Below are positions 42,430 to 55,270 of a DNA stretch of 64,000 bases, one piece after another (position 1 is the stretch's first letter; each line of letters opens with the position of its first letter). The notes beneath the pieces were generated by a model. It was not told the DNA's origin. It did no database searches and saw only the letters and a program-made list of their open reading frames with translations. Origin of the DNA: the human T2T-CHM13v2.0 reference genome, Homo sapiens; NCBI RefSeq assembly GCF_009914755.1, contig NC_060926.1, one strand, 5' to 3'. Made by a program: the position numbers and the translations under genes.

Positions 42430-45210
42430 GACTTCAAGTACAGGACAAAGTGGGAACAGGCATGAGGTAGAAGGTACAGACTGCGACAGATTCTGCGAAG
42501 CTGCTGATAGCACCAAGCCTAAATAAGCTGGTCTCAGCTTCTCCTAGGTCCGCTCTTCTCCATCTGTATACTCAGTTATCTGAGTATCGTCTCCAACAGC
42601 CCCCATGACCTGTTGTCCTCAGTCTTTGTATTTCTGCCCCATGAATCTCTTAAGTTGTCAGCCTTCTGCTGAACATTACCCTTTCCCTTACTAGACCAAA
42701 GGAAACTTAGCTGTCTCCTAAGAACACTGCTCCTCTTGCAACTTTCTCAAAAAGAGGATGGTTTTTCTCCCACAGCACCTCTGCAACTGAGCCTGCAGTG
42801 GGGTAAATGCTCTTCGTGTTTCTCTTTGCAGCATTCAAGTCTTCTCCCTCTCTCCTTCCTAAAAATGCATAGCTTTGAATCTCAGGTTATCAAGTTATAT
42901 CACCCTCTACCCCATCATTGTTGCTGTCTGTACATCCCCAAGTCACCCACCTCACTTCTCAACAATTTTGCCTGGCTCTCTGTCACCCTTTAGTACTATA
43001 CCTTTCTTAATTCTTGGTGATTTCTATGTATATACAAATAATTCTTATAGCATTCTAGCCTCTTAGTTACTTGATTTCTTATAATAATAATCTTCCTGCA
43101 CTACCTCAGTCACTCTTCCACATTGACATATCCTATATAGAAACTTCTCCATAATTTCAGTTTCATGCATCTCACTTTCTGACCACAATCTCCTATCTTA
43201 TCAGCTCATTTCCTATAGTCTTCCAAACCCAGTAATCCTGGGGTCCCTCTGGAACTTCCAAGTCATTAATCCTACCGCTCTTTTATCATCCCTAATTCTC
43301 CCTTGATGTCCTTACTCTGTTCCTCACCCAATTTAGATTACATAATAAAGCTGAAAATCATGCTTTGCATATATTCTCTATTTCCTTTACTCTCTTTTTC
43401 TGTTTTAAATTTGCCTGGCAAAGTCATACCACTGGTTATAGCCAATCCTCTACCCACTCTGACCCTGAATACATGAAGTTGAACATGACTGGAGAAAAAT
43501 GCAAGCCCATACATGACTACTCTCACTTTAAATTCAAGACAATCAACCTTAAATGGGAACTTAACAATGCCAGGCAAACATACCACAGAGCCTGAGTCAA
43601 TTTCATCTCCTACTCTCCTTGACAACTATTTCATATTTTCTGCTCCGTTTGGAAATCCTATCAACAGTTCCTTCCTCAACATAAATCTCAGCAGAAAAAA
43701 ACAACTTCCTACATTATGAAGGATTTAAAATAATCAAAAGAGAACATCCAGAGACTTTCACAATCACATCTATACCCACTTACCTTCTCGCCTGTTACCA
43801 AAGATAATAAATTTTCAGGCTCCTACCTAAAGCCAATTATTCCTCAAGTTCTCTAGATACCATCCCTTCTGCCTACTCATTGACCAGTTTCTAAAAAGTC
43901 TTTTCTTTGTCTCCCACGTCAAGTTCCCATGACCATACAAATTTCCCATCATCATACAAACAAGCTATTATTTACTCCATGTTTTTAAAAAAAATCCTCT
44001 TCCCCCCTTTCCCCATAGTTACCTCAACTCCATTTCTCTATTGTCTTTCTCATTTCTCTATTCTGTTTGCAGGGAATAGAGAAAGTTGTTGGCACTCTCC
44101 ATGGCCTATTTCTCTACCATTCTTTCTTAATCTAATGCTAGTCAGGCTTTGCCTCATCACTGTACTGAAACCATTCTGCTCAAGGGCATCAATGACCTCC
44201 ACATTGCTAAATTCTGTCATTAATCTGGATTAAGAAGAGAGTGATACACTTTCTTCAGTTGGCTGTCAAACTATTACACTCCCTTGGTTTTTCTATAATC
44301 TTATTTTTCTCCTTTGATTTATCTTCTTTTCACTATCCATTTAGTATTGGAGCATCCCAATCCTTAGTCCTCTTCTCTGTGAACATTCACTTCCTTGGTG
44401 ATCACAGTATTCTTGCAAATTTAAACACCTTCTATGAGCAGATGACTCCCAGCTTTGTATCTCTAACATGTACGTCTTTCTAAAGCTCCAGACTTATATA
44501 TCCTATTGCATCTTCAACAACCTCTCCACTTGGATATCTAATAAACATCTCAAACTTAATGTCTAAAGCCAAACTTCCTGATATCAACCCCCTAAACCTT
44601 CTCCACTGTCAGCCTACTGCTTCTAATTTAAGAGCAACAGTATCCATTAAGTTGCTGGGGCCAAACATCTTAGTTATCCCTGACTTTGTTTTTTTCTTAT
44701 ACCACACACCCAATGTCAGAAAATTATTTTGCTTCTATCTTCAAAATATATCCAGAATGCAATCAATTCTCACCAACTCTATGGCCATCTTCTCCCGGTC
44801 TTCTGCTCTATTTCACCTTCTAACAAGTGGTGTTTCCCACCTGTTTCACAACAAACACTCAAAGTGATCCTTTCAAATCATGTCAGATCTTACTGTCTCA
44901 CTTCCTTCAAGTCTTTGCTTCAATCTTATTTTTTCAGTGAACTCTACCCAGACGACTCTATTTAATATTATATCTCATCCCCAACATACCACCCTAATCC
45001 TTACCCCATTCTGCATCGGCTTACCACCTGCTAACATATTGTATAATTTACTTTATTTTTTACATTTCTTGTTTATTGTCCCTGCCTCCACTAGCATGTA
45101 GGGTCCACAAGAGCAGAAAATTTTGTCTGTTTTTTTCACTGACGTATCCCAAGTACCTACAACCAGTCTTATACATAGTAGTTATTCAACAAAGATTTTT
45201 GAATAATTAT
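42430..45210 (+). mobile_element. Long L2 remnant
   Basis: APE-endonuclease-like LILGDF at ~43007-43024, CTCCACTTGGATATCTAATAAACATCTCAAACTTAA, and an L2 3' terminus near 45170-45210. Confidence 0.75.
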
Positions 45211-46494
45211 TAAACAGTGATTAGCTAAGTATCTAAGCACTAGATATCACAATTATTATTACAATAAACATTACATTATTTAATATTATTTAAAATGATA
45301 ATAATATTATGTAAAAATAATAAACATTTGAGCAACTGTTTTATGACAAGCTCAGTTAAATATTAATTGCTACCATTTATTAAATGTTTATCATGTACCA
45401 GTCACCCTATTGGACAACTTGTAAGAATTATCTGTAATTCTGATAGAAACACTGAAAGATATATTTTACTGTCAACAATTTGCAGATGAAGACACAGAAA
45501 ATCTAACAGGTTGCTATGGGTGAGAATCAGATCTCTCTATCTCCAAAAATCCATGTCCTTTCTCCTACAACACTCTGCTTCTGCTTTCAGTTTATTTCAC
45601 ATGCTATTTGGAAATGCTGGGTACAATGCAACCAAAAGTCATGATGATGCATTTATTTTATTTCTTGCCTGGTTCCTTTTCTACTATAAAAACCACAACT
45701 CAATCTGCTGACTATGTCTCCATATGTCAGAGAAAGAGGTACTGGTCTACGTTTTTCCATAGTGCTCAGGTCAGAAGGAAATATTGAAATAACTAAATTA
45801 TTAGGTCAGAAAAATGAATATCCAACATAAACTCTCATTAGTGAGGCTGAAAAGTAGCACACACTTTTTGGGAGAAAGATTTTTATTTCTCTATCTTGCT
45901 TCAGAATAGAAAAAGGGGACAGGCATATTTTTGTCAAGTTCTATAATTTTCAAAGCTGGGAAGTCTCATGGCTGAAGGCCCAGCAATGTTACAAAACTTA
46001 AAGTTTTAAATCATATTGAATCCATGTGTCAAATATTTCTTTAAAAATGTTTAATCCCCATTATTAAATAAATTTTACCTCTTACAGTCTGCAGTTAGGA
46101 ATGCAGTGAGATAATCATTCATTTTGAACTCAATTTTAGGGATGAATGTTGGATAAAATCCCTTTTCACATAGTGGTGAACCTTGTCATATCTTACCTCA
46201 TTATTCTAATCTTGTCCAGTGACAACTTGAAAAATAACTTGAGAAGGTTGTGTTTTAATTTTTAAAATATTTTCTATGTAATTAACATAGAAATTTTTCT
46301 ACTAATTTAGCAATCTGGGCTTCAGGATAAATAAAACTAGCATTAAAATATAGGTCTGTACATATATATATATATAAACATAGGCATAAATAGATTGCTT
46401 TGTGAAACATTTTAACTATCACATAATTATATGCCTGAAATGAATATTCATATATTTAAAAATTTATTAATATCTGGTTTCTTTACAGTCTACT

Positions 46495-46858
46495 TTTTTT
46501 TTAACTTTTAGATTAGGGGTACATGTGGAAGTTTTGCTATGTAGGTAAACTTGTGTCATGGGAGTTTGTTGTAAAGATTATTTCATCACCCAGGTACTAA
46601 GCCTTGTACCCAATCATTATTTTTTCTGATCCTCTCCTTCCTCCCACTCTTCACCTTCAAGTAGGTCCCAGTGTCTGTTGTTCCCCTCTTTGTGTCCATG
46701 AGTTCTTATCATTTAGCTCCACTTATAAGTGATAAGATGTGGTATTTGGTTTTCTGTTTCTGTGTTAGTTTGCTAAGGATAATGACCTCCAGCTCCATTC
46801 ATTTTCCTGCAAAAGACAATGATCTTGTTCTTCTTCATGGCTGCACAGTATTCCAGGG

Positions 46859-46899
<41 letters not shown>

Positions 46900-46908
46900 A
46901 CACACACC

Positions 46909-46966
<58 letters not shown>

Positions 46967-47130
46967 ATATTTTCTTTATCCAATCTGTCACTGTTGGGCA
47001 TTTAGGTTGATTCCCTGTCTTTGCTATTATGAATAGTGCTGCAATAAACATTCACATGCATGCGTCTTATGGTAGAATAATTTGTATGCCTTTGGGTATA
47101 TACCTGGTAATGGGATTGCTGGGTTGAATA
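46495..47130 (-). mobile_element. Older L1PA (PA13-16-like) 3' fragment
   Basis: GATTATTTCATCACCCAGGTACTAAGC and CATTTAGCTCCACTTATAAGTGA. Confidence 0.85.
46859..46966. repeat. (TA)3(TG)16..(CA)4..(CA)23(TA)4 compound microsatellite
   Basis: Directly visible: TG 46865-46896, CA 46913-46958. Confidence 0.97.
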
Positions 47131-50100
47131 CTAGTAAGAAGGAAGAAAACTTGAGTAGCATGCCTTACTTTTGGATTATACTTCAGCACAGAAGGCTAAG
47201 AGAAAGAATTTCTCTAAAGGCATATGAATCACTAGAAAATGAGGCATTCATTATTCTTTATTGAGACTGTAATGTGTGAAGTACTAAAAATTAATTTGTT
47301 CTAAATTCTAGGATTTCAGTCTACTGCTTCCTATCCTAGAAAGCCTCTTTTAATTTGATTTATTGAACACAAATCAAATTCTCAAAATTAAAGAGGATTT
47401 CAAAATATAAAATAAGGAAAAATATTTTTTCACCATAAAAAGAGAATTCAGTCTTTTAACATGTTTTATTTTTAATCTATAATCTCTCATGATTTTGTGT
47501 AAAGAGTAATAAAATAAAAAATACACCACTAACGTTTATAAGTCTCTAGCTAAATTGCTTACCTTCATGCTATTCTGAATAGAATCTTCTTACTCTACCT
47601 AATCTAAAATTTTAAAAAATTTTTTAAGATAGTTTAAATACCAGATTTCATATAAATCCTTCTTTCCAATCAGAATCACTCCCTAGAATTTCTGCACCTC
47701 CATAGCACTCTGTTGGTTCACTCTGTTCTGTATTACCTGTGAATGCGTTTTTCTCTCCAATAAGATTTAAACTCCTTATCTTGTATATCCTTCCAACTCC
47801 CACAGTACTTAGCGATATGCCTTGTATATAACAAATCCTCAAGGATGTTTATTCAACTGAATAGTGTTTCATCTATCTTAATCTAACAAGATCTCATGCT
47901 TTCTTTCAAATTTACTAATACGCAGTATTTTTCTATGTGTAAATATTACTGTTTTGTCAATTTAATTTGCATTTCAAGTACAGTCTCAATAACTTTCATA
48001 ATTTGATCCCAATTTAAAACTTTTCTCCCTGGTGTAATGTCTTTGCAAGAAAAAGCCATTAAGCAAAGGAACTTTGCATCCAAGTTCTAACAAATTCCCA
48101 AGCAGTTTTCAAAGACACATAGGAATGTGTTAACTATAGCTAAGAATTATACCACAAAATCAGTTTGAGTCAAAAACCAGAGATGCAAAAATGAGTTTTC
48201 CCCCTCTGTTGTTATAAAGTTATGATGTCACTCTTATGGTAAAAATAGGAAAACTGAACAAAATATATTTTTTAAGTAAGGCAAAGTTCAAAATTGTCAC
48301 TCAACTATATACCACACCTAAAAATGATTAAAATAATAAATTGTATGTTATGTATTTATATTTTATTATGATAAAAAACTGCTGTATTCTTTTTAATGGT
48401 TAATTTATTTATAGTAAAGGGTCTTCCATGGAACCTGGCACAATACACTATACTTGTTAAAATAAATTGACCCAACATGTATAGTGTGTGAATTGTGTCT
48501 TGAACAAGTATTCTGAAAAGTAAAAATTCAAAATACATAATAAACACTTCTCAGCATAAAGGTAAATATTCCTCAACCCATGCTTTATATGTGGAACCCA
48601 TTAAGACTAGAGAACTTTTGGTAATCTTGTTATTTATAACCTATAAAGGATGAGAAAACTCTTTTCTAAAATGTAAATAATCTTAGCTACTAGTAGCCAC
48701 ATGCTTGCTATGTGCCAGAAGCTATGCTAGACATCTCATGTGTATTATCTCTAATGTTGGTTCCATGGAAGTCAGTCAGGTAATTCCTACTCCATCCCCC
48801 AAATCTCCATAATAATGAACATTAAAGCAATTGAAACTTCATTTTATCCAGATAGGGAAAATAGGTCACATCTGCGGGACTGTCTTCACAACAGCCTTCA
48901 GAAAATCCAGCAATCATTATTGAGGTTCATTTTCTATTATTTGTATAGAACAGGAATTGATTTAAAAACAAGTTCCTTAATAGTTAGGACCAAACCATTC
49001 CTTGAATAGATTCCTGTCAAAAGCTATAGTACATAAAGAATGATAAGTAAAGTGACCTGAGCTTCATAAATGAGAGAATTTATAGAAATTAAGTCATTTG
49101 TTCAGTTCCAGACTCCTGTTATGTCCTCAGTAAATGTTTGTTGAGGACATAAATATTAAATGAATAAATGAATGAGTTGGGAAAGAAATCAGATACTTCC
49201 TATTTGAAATAAATGAAAAATAATAGCAACTACCCTAATTTTTATTTTTTTATCTTCATTTAATAGAAAATAAAAGTTGCTAAAATACCTAAAAGTATTA
49301 CACATTCTTTTTTTTTTACATTTACTGTATTTCCATCTTGGTATTTCTCCTTCCATTTACAATTAGTTTCTCCTTCCATTTACAATTAGTAACCCACAAT
49401 GTATTTTATTTGCAGAGCAGAATATCAGAAGTTAATTCAGTGATTACAGTATGCCAAATGAGGAAACATCTAAAAGCCAAATGAGGCTACATGACATATT
49501 CAAAGTCATGAAAGAGAGTCCAATTGAAGGCTCAAATCTCCTAACAATTCTTCTAGGTGTTTCATGGATATTGCCTCTTAGAGTCTGTCAACTAAAATGT
49601 CATACTATTTAAAAGTAGGGGCCATGATATACACATGAATATCCCACATAGGGCCAACTGCTAGATAGTTACTGGGTCTAAAAAAAATACTTAATGATTA
49701 TTATTATTCCTGTAGTCATAGAATTGGGATTAGTAATAATATTCTGATGCTCGTGTAGCACATGTAAGGCATTCATTATGCAAGACATCACAAAAGTAAC
49801 ACATTAAAACATCCCTTTATATTGGTTAGCACATTGGATTTCCATTTACTAGAATTTTTCAAGCCTAGCCTAGACTTTTACAGCAACATCTTACCATGGA
49901 CCATTTTACTCTATCGTACATTTGGCTCTTAAGTACTGTTTCTGCAAACAGAAAGAAGATAAAACCTCCTTTAGAGCCATTTTATCAAGGCTTAACATGC
50001 TTTGAAATGCCAGTCAATGTTAACAGCATAGTTTCCTTGAAGCTCAGAATCCCTATAAGGAAAATCTATGAAAAAACATTTTCAGAAGTTTATGAATGGA

Positions 50101-50234
50101 TATAGCCACAATTTGAACTATATTTGCTTTATTCCTGAAAAAAAAATGTAATAATGAAAGGCTAAGGCCTACAGCATTTAAGATGTAAGTCTTCTACTAA
50201 GAGAAGATCCACCATAAGAAAAGTTAACATTATG

Positions 50235-50715
50235 GGAGCCTTAAATGCATATTGCTAAGTGGAAGAAGGTGGTCTAAAAGGCTACATACTGTATGCTTCC
50301 AACTATATGACATTCTGGAAAAGACAAAACTATAGAGATATTAAAAAGGTCAGGGGTTGCAGAGGTTTAGGATAGGAATGGGAAGGAATGTGGAGCAGAG
50401 GAAATTTTTAGAGCACTGAAACTATTTGGTGTGGTGCTATAATGGTTGTTGCATTAAATTATTCATTTGGCAAAATCCATAGAACTTTACAACACAAAGA
50501 GCAAATCTTAATGTAAACCATAAACTTCAGTTAATAATGATGTATAAATCAATATTGATTTATCAGTGGTAACACCAATGCAAAATGTTAATAATAGGAG
50601 AAACTGGAGGGTAGAGAGAGTTGGGGGAAATTATATGGGAACTCTGTATTTTCTGTTTAATAGTTTTGTAAACGTAAAAGTACTCTAATAAACAAAGCCT
50701 ATTAATTTTTTAAAG
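50235..50715 (+). mobile_element. L1MC/L1MD-like 3' end
   Basis: AAAAGGCTACATACTGTATG..CCAACTATATGACATTCTGGAAAAGACAAAACTAT and TATATGGGAACTCTGTA. Confidence 0.75.
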
Positions 50716-52429
50716 ATAGTATTATAAAAATGTTAATGGTTTATAAAACTGTGCTCTGCCATTTTTTAACAAGAGTTTTAATCTAAATAAGAATGTTATA
50801 TCTCAAAAATATTCCTAGACTCAACTTACTTTATGGTATTCTGATCAATATACCTATATCTCAATAAACTTATTTCCTGTTAAAAATAGTTTATTGTTAA
50901 ATAAAAGTTTTTAAACTATATGTAAGTTAAATCAGTTTTTAGAGAAATAAGTCCATATATATCTCAAAATTATACATTGAGCTAATTTTATACTACTCTG
51001 CCACATACAAATTAAATTTCTCTGTCAATAAGCATGTAGTTTGTCATTTGCAAGAAAAAAGGAATTTGAGATGTGTAGAGAAATTTTGTGAAAGTATACT
51101 AAGATATTTGAGCAACATGCCACTAAATTAGAAGTAAATAAAAAATTTAAAAGCAAATAAAGTAATTTTAAAATGAAGTACCAGCTGGAAGACTGATCCA
51201 CCCAGCGGGCTATAAAAGAATCCCTTGGTCCTGCTTTTGGTTCTTGCAAGCTGAAACCCTTTGTTCCTACAAATAAGTGGCCTCCAAATGTTGATTATTG
51301 GCACTATATCTATATATCTTGCAGCAAGTTGCCCTTTTTCATGAAGGCACTTAATAACTGATAATGGTGGCAGTAATAACAAGGATATTTATTCAAAGGG
51401 TAGCAGTTAGAGTAGCAGATTTGCAAGATATTATTTTTGTACACCAAATTTTAAGACAGGAAAATTGTTTTGTGAAACATTCTTTTTTGCCTATTGATGA
51501 AAATACACAAATATTTTCATAATATTTTGTCTAAAATCAGTACTATTGATGGATAAAAAATGTGTGCAACTCAATTTGAGTAGGTGTTAGGCATATTAAA
51601 AGGCATTTATACAAACTATGTGAGGAAAAAGTGGGATTGTGCTTTGAAGCTGACCTAAGAAGTAGAGGAAGACAGGGTCAACAAGAAAAGGCCAAAGACA
51701 AAAATATGCCAAAAATGCCTTTTGTATTTAGTTACATTTTCTTCTGGAAACCAAAAAAAAAAAAAAAAAAAGCTATAAGCTTACTAGATTTATCAATAAG
51801 AATATAAAGCCAAATATAAGATGCCATGAAATAAATGCAATATTAACATTCAAATATAATTAACAAACATTTTTAGTATAAAGCTCTGATACACTGCTTT
51901 AGAGACTGCAAAGTTTCTAAAATGATCTCTATGCCCAAGCTTAGATAGGCAAAGATAAAATACAAAGCAGGTGTAATAAATGCTTGATGATGCATTAAAA
52001 AGAAAGCACTATCATTATTCAGGGGACTTAGCAATCATAAAATGTTCAAGTAGTTGGGAAAAGCAGTATAAAGGTGGTAGTTTAAGGACAGGTGTGATTT
52101 AAACAGGTGAAAGAAAGTGCATCTCAGTAGAGGAAAAAATTAGCAAAATGGGAAAATATTAGTTGGGAGAAAGTGGTGCATTAATAGACTAGCCAAATTG
52201 TAGGGAAGTTGAGGGGCGGCCAGTTGGAAAGTTCTATTAGGTAAGGCCACTTTATAGAGGCTCTAAAGAATGAAGAAGGATGCATTGGTTAAGGGTTCCT
52301 TAGAAGGAAGAAGTAACAGAACTTGACAGTATAAAATAAATGTCAGGTGGTAGAGTGAATGATGACTGATGAGATATTAGACAACTGAGTTGAAGTTGTT
52401 GACCTATAGCAATGTGGAAATCAGAGCAA

Positions 52430-52645
52430 TATAACAGCAGTTAAGAGCTTTGGCCATAGGGCAGACTGCATGGGTTTGAATTCTGAAAACATAATACTTT
52501 GTGACCTTAGACAAGTTATTTAACTCACAATGTAAAATGGAGATAGTAATGGTATCTGACTGTGAGGTTATTTAAAGATTAAATTAGTATTTTATATATA
52601 CAGATTTTAGAATAGCTCCTGAACCGTGGCATGTATTTCATAAAC
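52430..52645 (+). mobile_element. MIR
   Basis: GTTAAGAGC, GGGTTTGAATTC, TGTGACCTTAGACAAGTTATTTAAC, TGTAAAATGGAGATAGTAA. Confidence 0.75.
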
Positions 52646-54329
52646 ATTAGTTTTTTTAATTATTGTTATGCTGCCAAAATTAGAATTTGAAAGGTATAAT
52701 TTGTTTCCAAAGCATAGAGTTTGTTGATGTAGTTGTAATTGATATATAGAGAGATATAATAGACATAATTTGTTTCCAAAACTGTAGAGTTGGTAAATGT
52801 GGAGGCCGTAAGTGATCCCATGAAAAATGAATGAGATTTCTAAGCGTAAAACACAGAAATAAAGAGCAAAAGTCCATGGACTATACTTTGAAGTTTCCTT
52901 ATATCTGAGGATTAGAAAGCAAAAGAGATACAATTGTTAGGAAAATAAAAGGTAGTGTATCATCATAAAGTGAAAGTTTCAAGAATAGAAAGCAGCTAAC
53001 GATGCAAAGAAATAAAAGAAAATGCAAACTGAAAAAAGGCCAAAGTCCTCTGCATTTTAAGAGTATTCTTTCTGATGAGAGAAGGCAGGGCAGGCAAAGA
53101 GATAAAAACTCTGAGGAGAGAGGAGAAAGAATGTGTGCACATACAGATGAAAGCTTAATAAAGAATTGAGTAGCAATTTGAGCTAGTGGATGTATAGTAG
53201 TGAAATAAAGGAGAGAAATTGCAATCATAATTAGACAGGCAGCAAAATCAATTACAAAGTTTTTTTTTAAAAAAAACGAAGACATGGACTGTGTAATTAA
53301 GCGTACAGATAAAATTGAATTTGTTGGAATATGAATACTTTGTTAAGATAGTGTTAAAGATATTTGAAATAGTTAAAAATCAGAATTTCTAAAATTGCTT
53401 CAGAAATTAAGGTAATTTTAATGGAAATGTCAGATTCACTAAGCCCAGTTTACTTTTCAAGTTTCTGTTTCTTAACATTGAAAAAAAGTTTTATAACCTT
53501 AAAATTGTAACACGTTAAAATGCATAAATTATTAAATTTGTTAAGTATACCATAATGACCAAATTTCTTTATAGAAATATATATTTAAGGAAAAAGTAAG
53601 ATACAAAGACAATCATGCATATTTTAAAGTATAGGTATAAAACAGATAATAACTAAAAATACCCTCTATGCTTATTAATAATAAAATATTATTTTTTCAT
53701 AGGAGCAAGTAGCTGTTGACAATTGTTTCCTCCATCAACAGAAACTGAAAAGTTGAGTGTGGAAAAAAAGAAAAGGACTTATACTCACTCTTTCTTTTTT
53801 TGTTCTTTATCCTCTGTATTTTGTACCATGTCTAGGTATTAACTTTTCAAAAATGAATCAGTAAATAAAATTTAAAAGACTGTTTAAAGGGGAATTATAA
53901 AAGTAAAAAGGCAAAAATTAAAATTTGGAAAACTCTAATAGATGTTTTTTACTAACACAAAAGGAAAAGGCCATTAGAAAATTTAAATACGGATGTTGTT
54001 TACAAAGATTTTAAGTGGCATAAGAGATACGACATTGAATTTTAAATATGTACCAAATTTTACTATGGTTTGCCTTATTTTTTTCTTCATTAAAAAAGAC
54101 TAATTTTAAATTCAGACACGTTAGGCAGCTAAATGCCTGAAGAAGATCACATAGTAAATGATCTAGATCGAAGCTTTGTTTTCACTTCTCTGGTTCAAGG
54201 AGAAAATACAAAAGAGAATAGCAAAGAAGAGGGAAGAGACCTTTAAATTCCAGGAGGGCACAAAGGTATATGATTCAAGAAGTTTATTCAGCATGATATG
54301 TTTAAGACATACTCGCTGTTGGTCTCATT

Positions 54330-55270
54330 ATTCAATTTTTTGTCAATAACATTTATTGAATACTTACGTCAAGCACTGTCCTAGGCACTGGGGATAGAGT
54401 AATAAATATAACACAAAAGACTTTTGCCCTCACAGAGTTTAAAACCTAGTGGCAAAGACAGGCAATAAACAAAATAAAAAGTAAAATATGTAGTATGTCC
54501 ATAGTAAATTATTAAGGAGGAAAAACTGAAAGCAGGGAAAGGGAATATGAATGTTAGCAGGAAGGAAAGGCCACACTTTGAAGGTGACATTTGAATAAAG
54601 CTATTAGGAAGGTGGTACAAGGCAAGCTATACAGATATCCTAGGAATAAGCATTCCAGGAAAAGAAAGTAAGTGCAAAAGCCATGAGTCAGGGACACACC
54701 TAATGTGTCTAAGAAACAGGAAGGCCATTGTGGTTTCAGAGGAATAAACAAGGGGAAAATACAGAGAAGAGTTTAAGGAGGCAAGAGAAGGTCAGATCAT
54801 TATAGCCCTCATACATCCAAGTAAGAATTTTGGCTTGTATTCCGAGTGAGAAGGAAAGGCTTTGGAAGGTTTTGAGCTGAACTGGGATATGCTACAACTT
54901 ATATTTTAAAGAATCATTCTGGCTACTGTGTTCAGAATAGACTGAAGGGGAGCAAGAACTGAAGCAGAGAGATCAGTTAGGACTCAATTGCAATAATCCA
55001 GACAAGAGAAGCCAAAGGCAATAGGATTGGTTGACAGGCCAGCCATGGGTTATGAGAAAAAAAATAAGTGTCAAGGATGACTCCAGCATTTCGTCTCTAA
55101 AAGAATAGAATTGCCATTTACTGAAATAAGAAACACTGTGGAAGGAAGAGTTTGGGAACAAATATCAGAAGCTCAGTTTGGGCCATGGTAGCTTTGCAAT
55201 GCCTATTAGTCATCACAGTAGAGAGACTGAGTAAAAGTCATGAGTCTTGAATTCAAGAAAGAGATCCACA
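54330..55270 (-). mobile_element. L2 3' fragment
   Basis: CATTTATTGAATACTTA..CACTGTCCTAGGCACTGGGGATA and AAGAATCATTCTGGCTACTGTG. Confidence 0.8.

Noticed and set aside
46671-47010. VC/TH dipeptide-repeat ORFs
   Set aside because: Translations of the TG/CA microsatellite.
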